This document shows positions 1-8,626 of a stretch of 35,656 nucleotides of DNA, piece by piece. The notes beneath the pieces are model-generated. The model saw only the letters and a list, made by a program, of their open reading frames with translations. It was not told the DNA's origin and did not search any database. The stretch spans positions 1 through 35,656 of the forward strand of contig CAYVAZ010000011.1 of the NCBI GenBank assembly GCA_964449065.1, given 5' to 3'. The number at the start of each line of letters is the position of its first letter. The first letter of the stretch is position 1. Origin of the DNA: an uncultured bacterium (lineage in GTDB: Bacteria; Hinthialibacterota; Hinthialibacteria; Hinthialibacterales; Hinthialibacteraceae). A program made the position numbers and the translations under genes.

Positions 1-90
1 CTGGATGTGGTTTAACATCAATTCTTCGGCTTGAACGGATACGGATGCAATTAGAGTTACAATACTGCACACAAAGGCGATTCGTTTCAT
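1..90 (-). CDS. 5' end of a secreted protein (partial, runs off the window)
   Basis: Not in the ORF track. AGGAG (ctcct, 98-102) precedes ATG at 90. Reads MKRIAFVCSIVTLIASVSVQAEELMLNHIQ, a typical signal peptide ending VQA. Confidence 0.7.
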   Translation of the reverse strand, partial: MKRIAFVCSIVTLIASVSVQAEELMLNHIQ

Positions 91-492
91 CAAACGGCTC
101 CTAATTTAAGTAATGGTTATGGATTGATAGTTGAAATTCGGCCGACAACCAAGAATCTATCATTCATGATGACCCCATTCTGGATGCCTGGCTGCTATTG
201 ATTTAACTCTATACCAAAATTATTAAATTATGATTAAGATGAACAGTTGTGGTTAAACCTCAGCCCAACGGGCGAGGGCGATTGATATAACGAATGTTGA
301 AATATACGGCCGTTTGGGTTGATGCAATATACCCACATCGATGAAAGCCGATTCAACGCGCTTTCTGAGACGGGATATACTGGAGGGTTGTTGGAAACGA
401 AATATGCGAAATCCTGGTCATCCTGTAATCCATTTTATTGCCAGGAAACGAAATGCGGAAAGGGTGTTGAATGTGAAAAGTTCCATTGCAAT

Positions 493-1284
493 TCAAATCA
501 TGATCCATTGAAGGCATCCAAAATGTTCTATTAATGGAATGTTGAAAATGTAAGAAATAACAGAAGAGTAAGTATGATTATGATAAAACTTCATCAGCGA
601 GTTCCATTGATTGGGGGTCCAATTCCGTGCGGTATGCGAGCGGAGTTGTTTTTCAAACGAGCGTTTTAACCGCAGGATGTTTTTTTGCTGCCGCTGTTGA
701 TTTTTGCGGGTAAGAGTGCCGCGGTCAAAATCGATCAGATAAACATTTCCGGATGCATCCAGCAATATATTTTTGATATTCAGGTCGGCATGGTCCACAC
801 CGGAATTGTGAAACCTTGCAATGGTCATAGCAATGGCTTCGATTTCGGAGTGGGTAAATCTTCGGAAGGATAAAATATCTTGCAGGCTGACGGCGCCGGG
901 AATGGCTTGCGTAATGATATCGCCGCGGTAGATTAATCCGTTTCGGCTGATTTTGGCGGCAATGGGTGTTGGCACAGGCAATCCCATTTCGTGCAAGTGG
1001 CAGAGCATGGCGAATTCGCGGTACATTCGTGTATAAGGCAGCCCAAGATACAGGTATTGGTCGTTCAACAAGTTTCCGATTAACCCCCCGCGCCAATAAT
1101 GGCGCAGCACGGCTTGCAATTGGTGATGTTGAAAAAACCACGTGTTGCCCCGGCCGGCTTTTTTCCCTATGATTCGGTTGCGTTCCCGCCAATACCCGGC
1201 ATCAAACCAATCGAGGGATAAATCCGAGGGGCATTGAGATGATTGCAGCACGACCTCACCATCAATATAGGTTTGTTGAATCAT
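493..1284 (-). CDS. kdkA: 3-deoxy-D-manno-octulosonic acid (Kdo) kinase
   Basis: Motifs GRGNTWF, VLRHYWRGGLIG, HADLNIKNIL and YLIDFDRG match the KdkA/LPS kinase family. The C-terminus appears extended. Confidence 0.9.
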   Translation of the reverse strand: MIQQTYIDGEVVLQSSQCPSDLSLDWFDAGYWRERNRIIGKKAGRGNTWFFQHHQLQAVLRHYWRGGLIGNLLNDQYLYLGLPYTRMYREFAMLCHLHEMGLPVPTPIAAKISRNGLIYRGDIITQAIPGAVSLQDILSFRRFTHSEIEAIAMTIARFHNSGVDHADLNIKNILLDASGNVYLIDFDRGTLTRKNQQRQQKNILRLKRSFEKQLRSHTARNWTPNQWNSLMKFYHNHTYSSVISYIFNIPLIEHFGCLQWIMI

Positions 1285-1606
1285 TTAAGTTGTCCCTAAG
1301 GTCTGGTTGATTTCTTGTTTTTACCTATTCGGCTTTGGTTCTACTTTTTAAATTAAAATACGTTGCAAAAGCGGTTTTCATAATTTAAGAAAGCAAAGTG
1401 AGCCACCGGAATTTGTTAAGATTTGATAAAGTATACATAATGATTTGATAAAATCCAATTAATAATTGGGATATTATACTGCAATGGAACGTGACAATAT
1501 TACCATAGGAAATATTGTGGTGTAATATTCAGTAGCATATTAGTATGCTATGTACGATCTGCCTTAATCATGGTTTACCTTACATTCAAAGGATACGAGT
1601 GGTGGA

Positions 1607-2683
1607 ATGAAAGACGTATTCTGTACGAATCCCCAAACCATTTGCATTTTACGGCTTTCATCCATTGGGGATGTATGCTACGCGGCGGCTGTGGTGCAAG
1701 CGGTGCAAAAGCATTATCCCAATGCCCGCATCACGTGGGTGATTGGCAAAACCGAAGCCGCGCTGTTAGAAGGAATGCCCGGCATTAGGTTTGTGGTGTT
1801 TGATAAATCGCAGGGATGGAGAGCCTATCAACAATTGCGTAAACACATGCAAGGTAAGCGGTTTGACGTGCTGCTGCACATGCAGGCCGCGTTCCGGGCC
1901 AACGCGGCGGCGTTGTGCATCCCCGCGGATGTTAAGATAGGGTTTGATTGGTCCCGCGCGAAAGAAGGCCATGCCTTGGCGGCTAGGAACCGCATCCCTC
2001 CCCAAATTGAGCCCCATGTGTTTGAGGGGTTTCAAGCTTTTGCACGAGCGATTGGGGTAGGGGATTGCCGGCCGGAATGGCAAATGCCTTACAGAGATGA
2101 AGATTGGCAATGGGCAAATGACAGGCTCGGTGAAACCGGCAGGGTGTTTGCGATTTCTCCGGCGGCCAGCAAACCGGAACGCAACTGGGAGGCCGGATCG
2201 TATGCGGTTCTGGCGGATTTCGCGGCACAGCAGGGATTTCAAGTGGTGTTAACCGGCGGTCCCACAGATATGGAACGCCAATTGGCGTCGGATATTCAAT
2301 CCCAATGCCGAAGCAATCCACTCAATTTGACTGGGCAAACCACACTCAAACAACTATTGTGTGTGTTGAAAAGGGCGGATGTATTGCTTGCGCCCGATAC
2401 CGGTCCCGCTCACATGGCGGTTACCGTCGGCACACCCATCATTGGCTTATACGCGCATTCCAACCCCAAACGCACCGGACCGTATACCTATCAGCACTAT
2501 GTGGTAGAGGTATATCACCAAAACCTTGTTCAGCAATATGGCAAGCCGGCTGATCAATTGCCGTGGGGTGCGCGCAATAAAGGGAACGATTTAATGCGGC
2601 AGATTTCGGTAGATCGTGTGTTGGATATGTTTCACCGGGTTTTATCGCAAGAACAGATACATACCGCCAGCAATGCCGGCTAG
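1607..2683 (+). CDS. Glycosyltransferase family 9 (LPS heptosyltransferase, OpsX-like)
   Basis: ICILRLSSIGDV N-terminus and DTGPAHMA...GTPIIGLYA motif. Divergent from kdkA. Confidence 0.9.
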   Translation: MKDVFCTNPQTICILRLSSIGDVCYAAAVVQAVQKHYPNARITWVIGKTEAALLEGMPGIRFVVFDKSQGWRAYQQLRKHMQGKRFDVLLHMQAAFRANAAALCIPADVKIGFDWSRAKEGHALAARNRIPPQIEPHVFEGFQAFARAIGVGDCRPEWQMPYRDEDWQWANDRLGETGRVFAISPAASKPERNWEAGSYAVLADFAAQQGFQVVLTGGPTDMERQLASDIQSQCRSNPLNLTGQTTLKQLLCVLKRADVLLAPDTGPAHMAVTVGTPIIGLYAHSNPKRTGPYTYQHYVVEVYHQNLVQQYGKPADQLPWGARNKGNDLMRQISVDRVLDMFHRVLSQEQIHTASNAG

Positions 2684-2883
2684 CCTAGCGGCGCTTTCTG
2701 CCAAGCCCGGGGATCTCGTGCAAGATGAACTGTTCCCAATACTCTTGCAAATGGATTTACCGTGTAACCACGGTGTTGGGCCTCCGCGAATGGAAGCCGA
2801 AGTGGTTTATACTCAAGAATTCAAAATAGATTGCTATTAGAGTAATTCCGGTTTGAGTAGATAGAAAGAGATCGTCTTTGATA

Positions 2884-2912
2884 CCCCTTCCCCCTGTTAA
2901 TAAGGGGGGGAA
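2884..2912. repeat. C-run/G-run palindromic element between convergent genes, possible terminator
   Basis: ccccttccccctgttaataagggggggaa forms a hairpin and resembles the elements at 6362-6490 and 7244-7452. Confidence 0.45.
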
Positions 2913-2956
2913 CAAGGACAGATTCAGTCTATCCAACTCTGAAACGCTTTAAATGA

Positions 2957-3760
2957 TTATTGGTTGTTGTCTAAAACGCGGTCAGCAACCACATACCGAT
3001 CTTGTTTAAGAATCCCATACAGGATACCCGGCTGCCAGCGGTCAAACGCGATGCCTTGCCCCCAGTTAATGAATGGAACCACTTCAACCAGCTCCAAAAC
3101 ACTTCCTGCTTTGGGGAGTTTCATCTGATACAACTCAGCCAAATCATGACCGGTGCAATAGAGATATCCATCCGGCCCCCACGAACCGCCCGAGCAACTA
3201 TATACCCCAAAGCGCTCAATCACTTCTTGCGGAAATACCCATGATTCCAACCGGTTCCAATTGTCATCCATCTTCACCAGCGATGTCCATTTGTTGGACT
3301 TGTCCGGATAGCCGCTCTCTTTGTTGTAATGCGCAAACATCACCCACCAATACCCGTCATGCCGGTCGATCCACGTGCATGATCCCATGAAGATGCCGAA
3401 ACTGTGGGTATCGATGTGCTCCAGCGTTTCCGCATGCCATATCTCAACCGAACTGGTCATCGGCAGTTCGGGATAGTTCGAGTGGCTGCAATACAGTTTT
3501 TCCTCATGAATGACCCCGCTATCCAAATGAACGAGGGGCGTCTTCTCATTCGGCTGCCACTGTTTGATCAGTTCACCTGAGAACTTGTCATATTTGCCCA
3601 AAATGGTCGATCCCACCACATAAGCATATTTTGCATCCACCGCGATACCTTGCCGGGCTTCCGGGGCACGAAAACGCAGGGGATAGACTGAATCGTTGGC
3701 GAAAATGTTTAGTGGAAAAAGTACAACAAAAATATACCGGCAACATTGAAAACGATTCAT
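2957..3760 (-). CDS. Secreted hypothetical protein, probable beta-propeller-like fold
   Basis: 267 aa with a hydrophobic N-terminus ending IFA. Motifs EARQGIAVD, HSNYP, SGGSWGPDG and GQGIAFD. Function not assignable. Confidence 0.7.
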   Translation of the reverse strand: MNRFQCCRYIFVVLFPLNIFANDSVYPLRFRAPEARQGIAVDAKYAYVVGSTILGKYDKFSGELIKQWQPNEKTPLVHLDSGVIHEEKLYCSHSNYPELPMTSSVEIWHAETLEHIDTHSFGIFMGSCTWIDRHDGYWWVMFAHYNKESGYPDKSNKWTSLVKMDDNWNRLESWVFPQEVIERFGVYSCSGGSWGPDGYLYCTGHDLAELYQMKLPKAGSVLELVEVVPFINWGQGIAFDRWQPGILYGILKQDRYVVADRVLDNNQ

Positions 3761-3835
3761 AGTAAAATCCTTAAAATTGGTTTAACTATTCTTTCAAAAG
3801 GGGGGCTATAGTCTGGGCTAGGGTGAATCGCTAAT

Positions 3836-4438
3836 TCATATCCAATCCGGCCCGATGGTTTCCCGGCCTCCTTTGCGTTCCCGGAACCAGCGGGGAACAT
3901 AAGAACCACCTGCCCGAAGAATATCCCCGAAGCTGCGCAATCCATTGGTGGAATCATAAAATTCAAAGTTAATTGGGTGGCTGGGAAAACTGGACGATGG
4001 GGCAAAGGAATCCGTCTGATCGGGACCGATACTCTCCAACAGATACATGTTCTGTACATTGAAAGAAAAAGGATGCCGGGCTGTAATAAACTCATAATAA
4101 GGGTCAGGTGACAAACCGCTTGAAAACGCAAATCCTTCTATATCCAAAGGCACAAAGGGTTCGGCCATCATGCTCTTTAAGTATGGTAACGGTGTTGTTA
4201 GAAAGCGGTAGCCGATGTACCCGTTCCCCGAAGTCGCGCGAATGGGAGGAAACCCTCCATGATCCAATTGATACTGCTCAAACGCAAATGCAATGGTTTT
4301 TAATTCACTCTGCACCCGGGCCACCTGCGCGCGAATTTGCGCGTTTAAAAAGTTGGGGATTGCAATGGCCGCTAGTATGCCAATGACGGCGACTACTATC
4401 AATAATTCGATTAAAGTAAAACCCAATCTTTGTTTCAT
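3836..4438 (-). CDS. Prepilin-type N-methylation domain protein (pilin/pseudopilin, GspG-like)
   Basis: MKQRLG|FTLIELLIVVAVIGILAAIAIPNF. Likely start ATG at 4438. C-terminal SIGPD and STNGLRSFGD. Confidence 0.88.
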   Translation of the reverse strand: MKQRLGFTLIELLIVVAVIGILAAIAIPNFLNAQIRAQVARVQSELKTIAFAFEQYQLDHGGFPPIRATSGNGYIGYRFLTTPLPYLKSMMAEPFVPLDIEGFAFSSGLSPDPYYEFITARHPFSFNVQNMYLLESIGPDQTDSFAPSSSFPSHPINFEFYDSTNGLRSFGDILRAGGSYVPRWFRERKGGRETIGPDWI

Positions 4439-4456
4439 AATAAACCGAATATACAT

Positions 4457-4486
4457 GGGAAAGTCCACCCTTGGGTGGACTTTCCC
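4457..4486. terminator. Perfect hairpin between the DNRLRE-like gene and the pilin gene (terminator or mRNA-stabilising stem)
   Basis: gggaaagtccaccc-tt-gggtggactttccc, a 14-bp perfect inverted repeat 25 nt after the upstream stop. No strong U-tract on the minus strand. Confidence 0.6.
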
Positions 4487-4510
4487 GATTGTACATAGTT
4501 CTCACATGGA

Positions 4511-5815
4511 TTATTTGTATAATTCAAAGTTCTCTACATCGGATGTAGTGCCACCGGTGAAGGTTGCGGTTATTTTCGGGACAAAATTACCGGTTTCTTT
4601 GGTTCCGATAGCCCCATTGCGGGTCCCCAACGCTTCGATCAACCAGCCGTAATTTTCCAACGTACCGTTTGACCACTTTTCAACAGAACTGGTTACGTCT
4701 ACTTCAACAATACGCGAACCGCCGAAGAGGTCAACTTCACCGACAATGGAGTCGTTCACTTCAATACCGGTTTGGATATCCACACCGTTATCGATAAAGT
4801 TGTTCCAGGTTACTGTGTCTTCATTGAAGAATGTATCCACACCGAATTGTTGGTTGGTGTGTGGAATAATTTCACGAACTTGCGAGTTGGCACCAGCATT
4901 GATGACCGCAACGCGCAATGTCGCGCTGTTGATCGGCGTTCCAGGAGGGATTTGACCAGGTCCGGTACCGAAAATATCGTCAAAACGAATCAAGGCATAG
5001 TTAAAATCAGGCGGCGGGTCTTTTTCGATGTTAGCGATCGGTTCATTACCCAATGGGGTATCAGGAGACGCCGAGCCGCGAATCGCGGCATCTTGCAATC
5101 CGTCATAACCGTTCAAACCTTGTTGGAATGTAAAATTGCCGTTGGGAGTTATGATTTGCAATGTCGGGCCGAGTGTTCCTTCGGTGGAAACAAGCGACAT
5201 AGCATCCACAAAATTTTCATCGGGAATAATCCAAATCCCTTTGTTTTCCAAACCGTTCATATACTGCTGAATCAATGGAGCGATATCGGCGGACCAAACG
5301 TCGCCGTCATCAACACCGGGGGCTTCAACAAACACACTGCCTGGTTCACTAGCAGGAACAAAAAACGGCTGACCGAGAGGGATATCACCACCCATCGAAT
5401 TGTAGGTGGCGGTCAGTACGTCAAAATCCATTAGGTTGTTATAGAGAACAACGAACGTGTTTTCATTGCCATCATCGGAAACAAACATCTCTAGCACAGC
5501 GGATGTCAACTCCGCGTCTGGTGGTATCTGGCCCGGACGGTTTCCAATGATGTCATCGAATTGAATCCAAGCATAGGAAATGCCGTTGTCTGGATCTGCT
5601 AAATCAAACCCGGCAGAAAGTACGGAACTTCCGGCCAAATTGGAGTCTGCGAGTGGAATTTCTTCTCTCACTTCGGCAAACATGGTATCGGTAGTTCCTT
5701 GGTAACCATTTGTACCATTTTGAAAAACAACAGTTGTTTGCGCATGAACATTGAAAGTAAACAATTGAGATGCAAGCGACGCAATAGCACAATACTTGAA
5801 AACAGATTGAAACAC
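4511..5815 (-). CDS. Secreted protein with two DNRLRE/CBM96-like domains
   Basis: Signal peptide ending VHA|Q. Two repeats starting VFQNGTNGYQGTTDT and TFQQGLNGYDGLQDA, each with IxFDDI(I/F)GxxPGQIPP and NxG(I/W). AGGAG RBS before GTG. Confidence 0.75.
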   Translation of the reverse strand: MFQSVFKYCAIASLASQLFTFNVHAQTTVVFQNGTNGYQGTTDTMFAEVREEIPLADSNLAGSSVLSAGFDLADPDNGISYAWIQFDDIIGNRPGQIPPDAELTSAVLEMFVSDDGNENTFVVLYNNLMDFDVLTATYNSMGGDIPLGQPFFVPASEPGSVFVEAPGVDDGDVWSADIAPLIQQYMNGLENKGIWIIPDENFVDAMSLVSTEGTLGPTLQIITPNGNFTFQQGLNGYDGLQDAAIRGSASPDTPLGNEPIANIEKDPPPDFNYALIRFDDIFGTGPGQIPPGTPINSATLRVAVINAGANSQVREIIPHTNQQFGVDTFFNEDTVTWNNFIDNGVDIQTGIEVNDSIVGEVDLFGGSRIVEVDVTSSVEKWSNGTLENYGWLIEALGTRNGAIGTKETGNFVPKITATFTGGTTSDVENFELYK

Positions 5816-6361
5816 GACTTACTCCTTTAAAAAAGTATATTGTTTTAATTACAGACTAAGTTTTAACGACTTTCAGTTAATTAAACGTTAAGTAAATATT
5901 AGAAAAATGTTAATAGTGTTTCGGATAAGAATCGGATCAAAAGGCGGTGAATCTTGAATGCAAATCGTTTCCTGCTGCATGGTGAATGAATAGAACCCAA
6001 AAGCATTACCCTTGTATAATCCTTACGGCTTTCTCTGAGAAAATATTCAAGATATTTATTTCTGCTTTTACTGCCAACAAGCAAAAACAGCATCATCTTT
6101 CAAAAGCAATCCATTATTCCATCTCTGGATTAACAGATTCCATTACCGGTTACTGAAAGAAAACGTATTTTTCAATCACTTCGATTCCCCTTTTTATTGC
6201 AAAGGCTAGAGCGGCGTTAAAAAGCAAGGCTCTATTAACGGAAGCCTAACATAAAATACTTATAGTTATTTACTGATGTTACGCAATTCATGATTGACGA
6301 TTGCTTGAAAAATGGGTTTTGTTGTGAGCCAACTATTCTAAGTCAAACGCAGTGTCTATCG

Positions 6362-6490
6362 TCTTCTCCCTTTGGGAGAAGATAAGAGATGAGGGCGAAG
6401 AGAGCGATGGCTCCCCATGACGCAGTAGCGTCATTAGAGGTTTATTCCTCCCGAACCCTCACCCCGTCCTTCTCCCGGTGGGCGAGAGTG
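6362..6490. repeat. Inverted pair of CCCTCACCCC/CTCCC-GGGAG palindromic intergenic repeats
   Basis: tcttctccctttgggagaaga...gatgagggc (6362-6396) and ccctcaccccgtccttctcccggtgggcgagag (from 6456) in opposite orientation. Confidence 0.6.
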
Positions 6491-6584
6491 ATCAATTCAG
6501 CGAAGGATGAGAAAAACGGGCATATTATAATGTAGTGCGTAACGTGAGTAATTTATTCTCTCCAACAGTGATTGGGATAATGAA

Positions 6585-7148
6585 ATGCGTGGATTTACGT
6601 TAATTGAGCTGTTAATAGTTGTCGCCATTATCGGGATATTGGCAGCGATTGCCGTACCCAATTTTGTCAACGCGCAAGTCAAAGCCAAGATCGCCCGTGT
6701 CGAAGCCGACTTCCAAGCCATTGCCACCGCGCAGGAAATATACCGGTTGGATAACAATTCCTTCACCATGCGAGGGCAAAGCGGTTTCAGAATGCTGCGC
6801 GAGCCGGTGGCATACATGAGCATCGAACCCATTGATCCGTTTACCGATGATGTGGTTGGCGGGGTTAGCTTTGGCGGCAACGTCATGAAAGGCCGGTATC
6901 AATTAGGTGCCGGGAACTCCAATCCGGAGAAATCTTTTGACTACACTCATCACGATATCTATCTTATCGCCAGTAACGGCCCTGACAAAGAAGATGATTC
7001 CCAACCCATTGGTTCCTGGCCGGTTTCACCGGTTACCAGATACATCGCTTTCGAAATTACCAATGGTCTCCACTCCAAAGGTGACCTTTGGCGATACGGC
7101 GGTCCCATCCCCGCGTACTTCAAAGAGCAAGTCCGATACGATTTTTAG
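6585..7148 (+). CDS. Prepilin-type N-methylation domain protein (pilin/pseudopilin, GspG-like)
   Basis: MRG|FTLIELLIVVAIIGILAAIAVPNF, with DPF, SNGPD and ITNGLHSKGD motifs. Paralog of 3836-4438. Confidence 0.9.
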   Translation: MRGFTLIELLIVVAIIGILAAIAVPNFVNAQVKAKIARVEADFQAIATAQEIYRLDNNSFTMRGQSGFRMLREPVAYMSIEPIDPFTDDVVGGVSFGGNVMKGRYQLGAGNSNPEKSFDYTHHDIYLIASNGPDKEDDSQPIGSWPVSPVTRYIAFEITNGLHSKGDLWRYGGPIPAYFKEQVRYDF

Positions 7149-7209
7149 TGATACCATTTTCAAATAGAAACGTTCACTATGAATGACGGAACGGCAAAAC
7201 GTCTTTTAT

Positions 7210-7452
7210 GGTGGTGCAGGCTTCCAGCCAGCCGATGCTATTGTCTCCCCCAAAATGATTGGGGGAGATGTCCAACGTAAGGAGGACAGAGGGGGTGTGA
7301 AGAGAGCCATAATCCGTAAAGTATCAGGTCAGCTGTTTGAAGAGAGATTTCCCCTCCCAAGACTGGGTGGGGTTCGGGGAGGGTTGATTCGATTCTTTGA
7401 GAAAATGCCTTAACCCCCTCCTAACCTTCCCCATTGCATTGGGGGAGGGAAA
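7210..7452. repeat. Cluster of REP-like palindromes
   Basis: ggtggtgcaggcttccagccagcc (7210-7233), tctcccccaaaatgattgggggaga (7244-7268), and an inverted pair at 7349-7385 / 7412-7452. Confidence 0.55.
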
Positions 7453-7542
7453 AGTAAATCAAACCCATTTTTCCATTTCATACCGCTGACCGGTTACCCC
7501 CTGACATTTTCCTTGTGGCTTAACAATAAGATTTTTCTTCGG

Positions 7543-7570
7543 TTGACTTTTAATCGACTAGGGGTAAATT
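7543..7570 (+). promoter_or_regulatory. Putative sigma70 promoter of the riboswitch-pilin transcript
   Basis: TTGACT-16 nt-TAAATT ends 4 nt before the riboswitch P1 stem. Confidence 0.55.
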
Positions 7571-7573
7571 TAA

Positions 7574-7854
7574 TTGAGTGAAAGGTGCGGTTATTTTTCC
7601 ATACGATATAACCGCCAAAAGGGAAGTCCGGTGAAAAACCGGCGCGGTCCCGCCACTGTAACTGGGAACGAAACCTCAAATGCCATTGTCCTTGTTGGAT
7701 GAGAAGGCGAGGGAGTAGGAGCGGTCGGTTAAAGAATTGAGTAAGTGCGGCGTAAAGCCCAGCGCGAGGAAGTGATAAGTCACTACACACTTCAATTCTT
7801 TGATCAAGTACCGTAAAAAATGCCCGGGAGCCAGGAGACCTGCCTTTCAATCAA
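7574..7854 (+). ncRNA. Cobalamin (B12) riboswitch with a long internal insertion
   Basis: AGGT...AAAAGGGAAGTCCGGTGAAAAACCGGCGCGGTCCCGCCACTGTAA core, GCCATTG...GAGAAGGC, and B12-box GAGCCAGGAGACCTGCC. P1 is ttgagtgaaagg / cctttcaatcaa. Confidence 0.93.
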
Positions 7855-7892
7855 TCCAATATCGGCACGCCAACCGAGGAGAAGGCATTGCT

Positions 7893-8606
7893 ATGCGCAA
7901 ATTTTGTTCTTGTACCACCCCGTCGGGCTTTTCACTAATTGAGCTCTTAATCGTCGTTTCGATTATCGGAATCCTAGCAGCCATTGTTTCCGCCAATTAT
8001 ATCTTTTCGATTGAACGCGCCCATGCGGCGGCGTGTCAACAAAATCTTAAGACCATCCATCAATCCCTGCTGTCCTACCGGGTTGACTACGGTCAATTTC
8101 CGCTCGCGGATTGCATGGCCGATACCCAACCGCGCTCCGATGTTACCGCCTGGGGCTGCGGCCCGGCCGCAAACGGCTACTGGTGCGGAGTTCCGCTTAT
8201 TTTAGCCGAACAGGGATACGCTCCGGAAAACGCGTTGTTTTGCCCCGCGTTAAAACATCAGCATAAACATTCGATTGAAGCCTATTCCGGATGCGGCGGT
8301 TCTTCATTTGCCGGTAAAGATGTCCCCGGCTGGCGATTCTTTCGCTATGCCTATAATAGCGCGGCGGCGGATACAGGCGGCTACGACGGCGGGCAGCATA
8401 ACATCGAAGACGATTGGGCGCCGGATGTTTGGCTGGCCCGCTGCGCCCATGTAGATGTCGGTGAGTTTTTCCCCGACCGTGATTTTACGTTTCCGCACCG
8501 GTTTGATATTGAAGATGAGGGTGAAGTCACAGCGTGGTATGGTGAGTTTGATTTATCCATTCATGGATCGATTCGGCAACGGTCGGTGCAATTGAAGAAA
8601 TTTTGA
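7893..8606 (+). CDS. Prepilin-type (type II secretion/type IV pilin-like) protein under B12 riboswitch control
   Basis: GAGGAG RBS then ATG at 7893. SG|FSLIELLIVVSIIGILAAI, ACQQNLKTI...YRVDYGQFP, LFCP. 237 aa, Cys/His-rich. Confidence 0.88.
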   Translation: MRKFCSCTTPSGFSLIELLIVVSIIGILAAIVSANYIFSIERAHAAACQQNLKTIHQSLLSYRVDYGQFPLADCMADTQPRSDVTAWGCGPAANGYWCGVPLILAEQGYAPENALFCPALKHQHKHSIEAYSGCGGSSFAGKDVPGWRFFRYAYNSAAADTGGYDGGQHNIEDDWAPDVWLARCAHVDVGEFFPDRDFTFPHRFDIEDEGEVTAWYGEFDLSIHGSIRQRSVQLKKF

Positions 8607-8626
8607 ACAAATTAAATGTCGAACCT

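Noticed and set aside
2684..2840. Possible minus-strand gene remnant after GT9 (YWEQFILHEIPGL)
   Set aside because: Too short and interrupted by stops to assign without a search.
7800..7892. N-terminal extension of the pilin ORF, and ORFs 7183-7413 and 7494-7850
   Set aside because: They overlap the riboswitch or repeat elements. The RBS supports a start at 7893.
3836..8606. Diversity-generating retroelement or shufflon acting on the pilins
   Set aside because: No reverse transcriptase, no template/variable repeat pair and no invertase sites seen.
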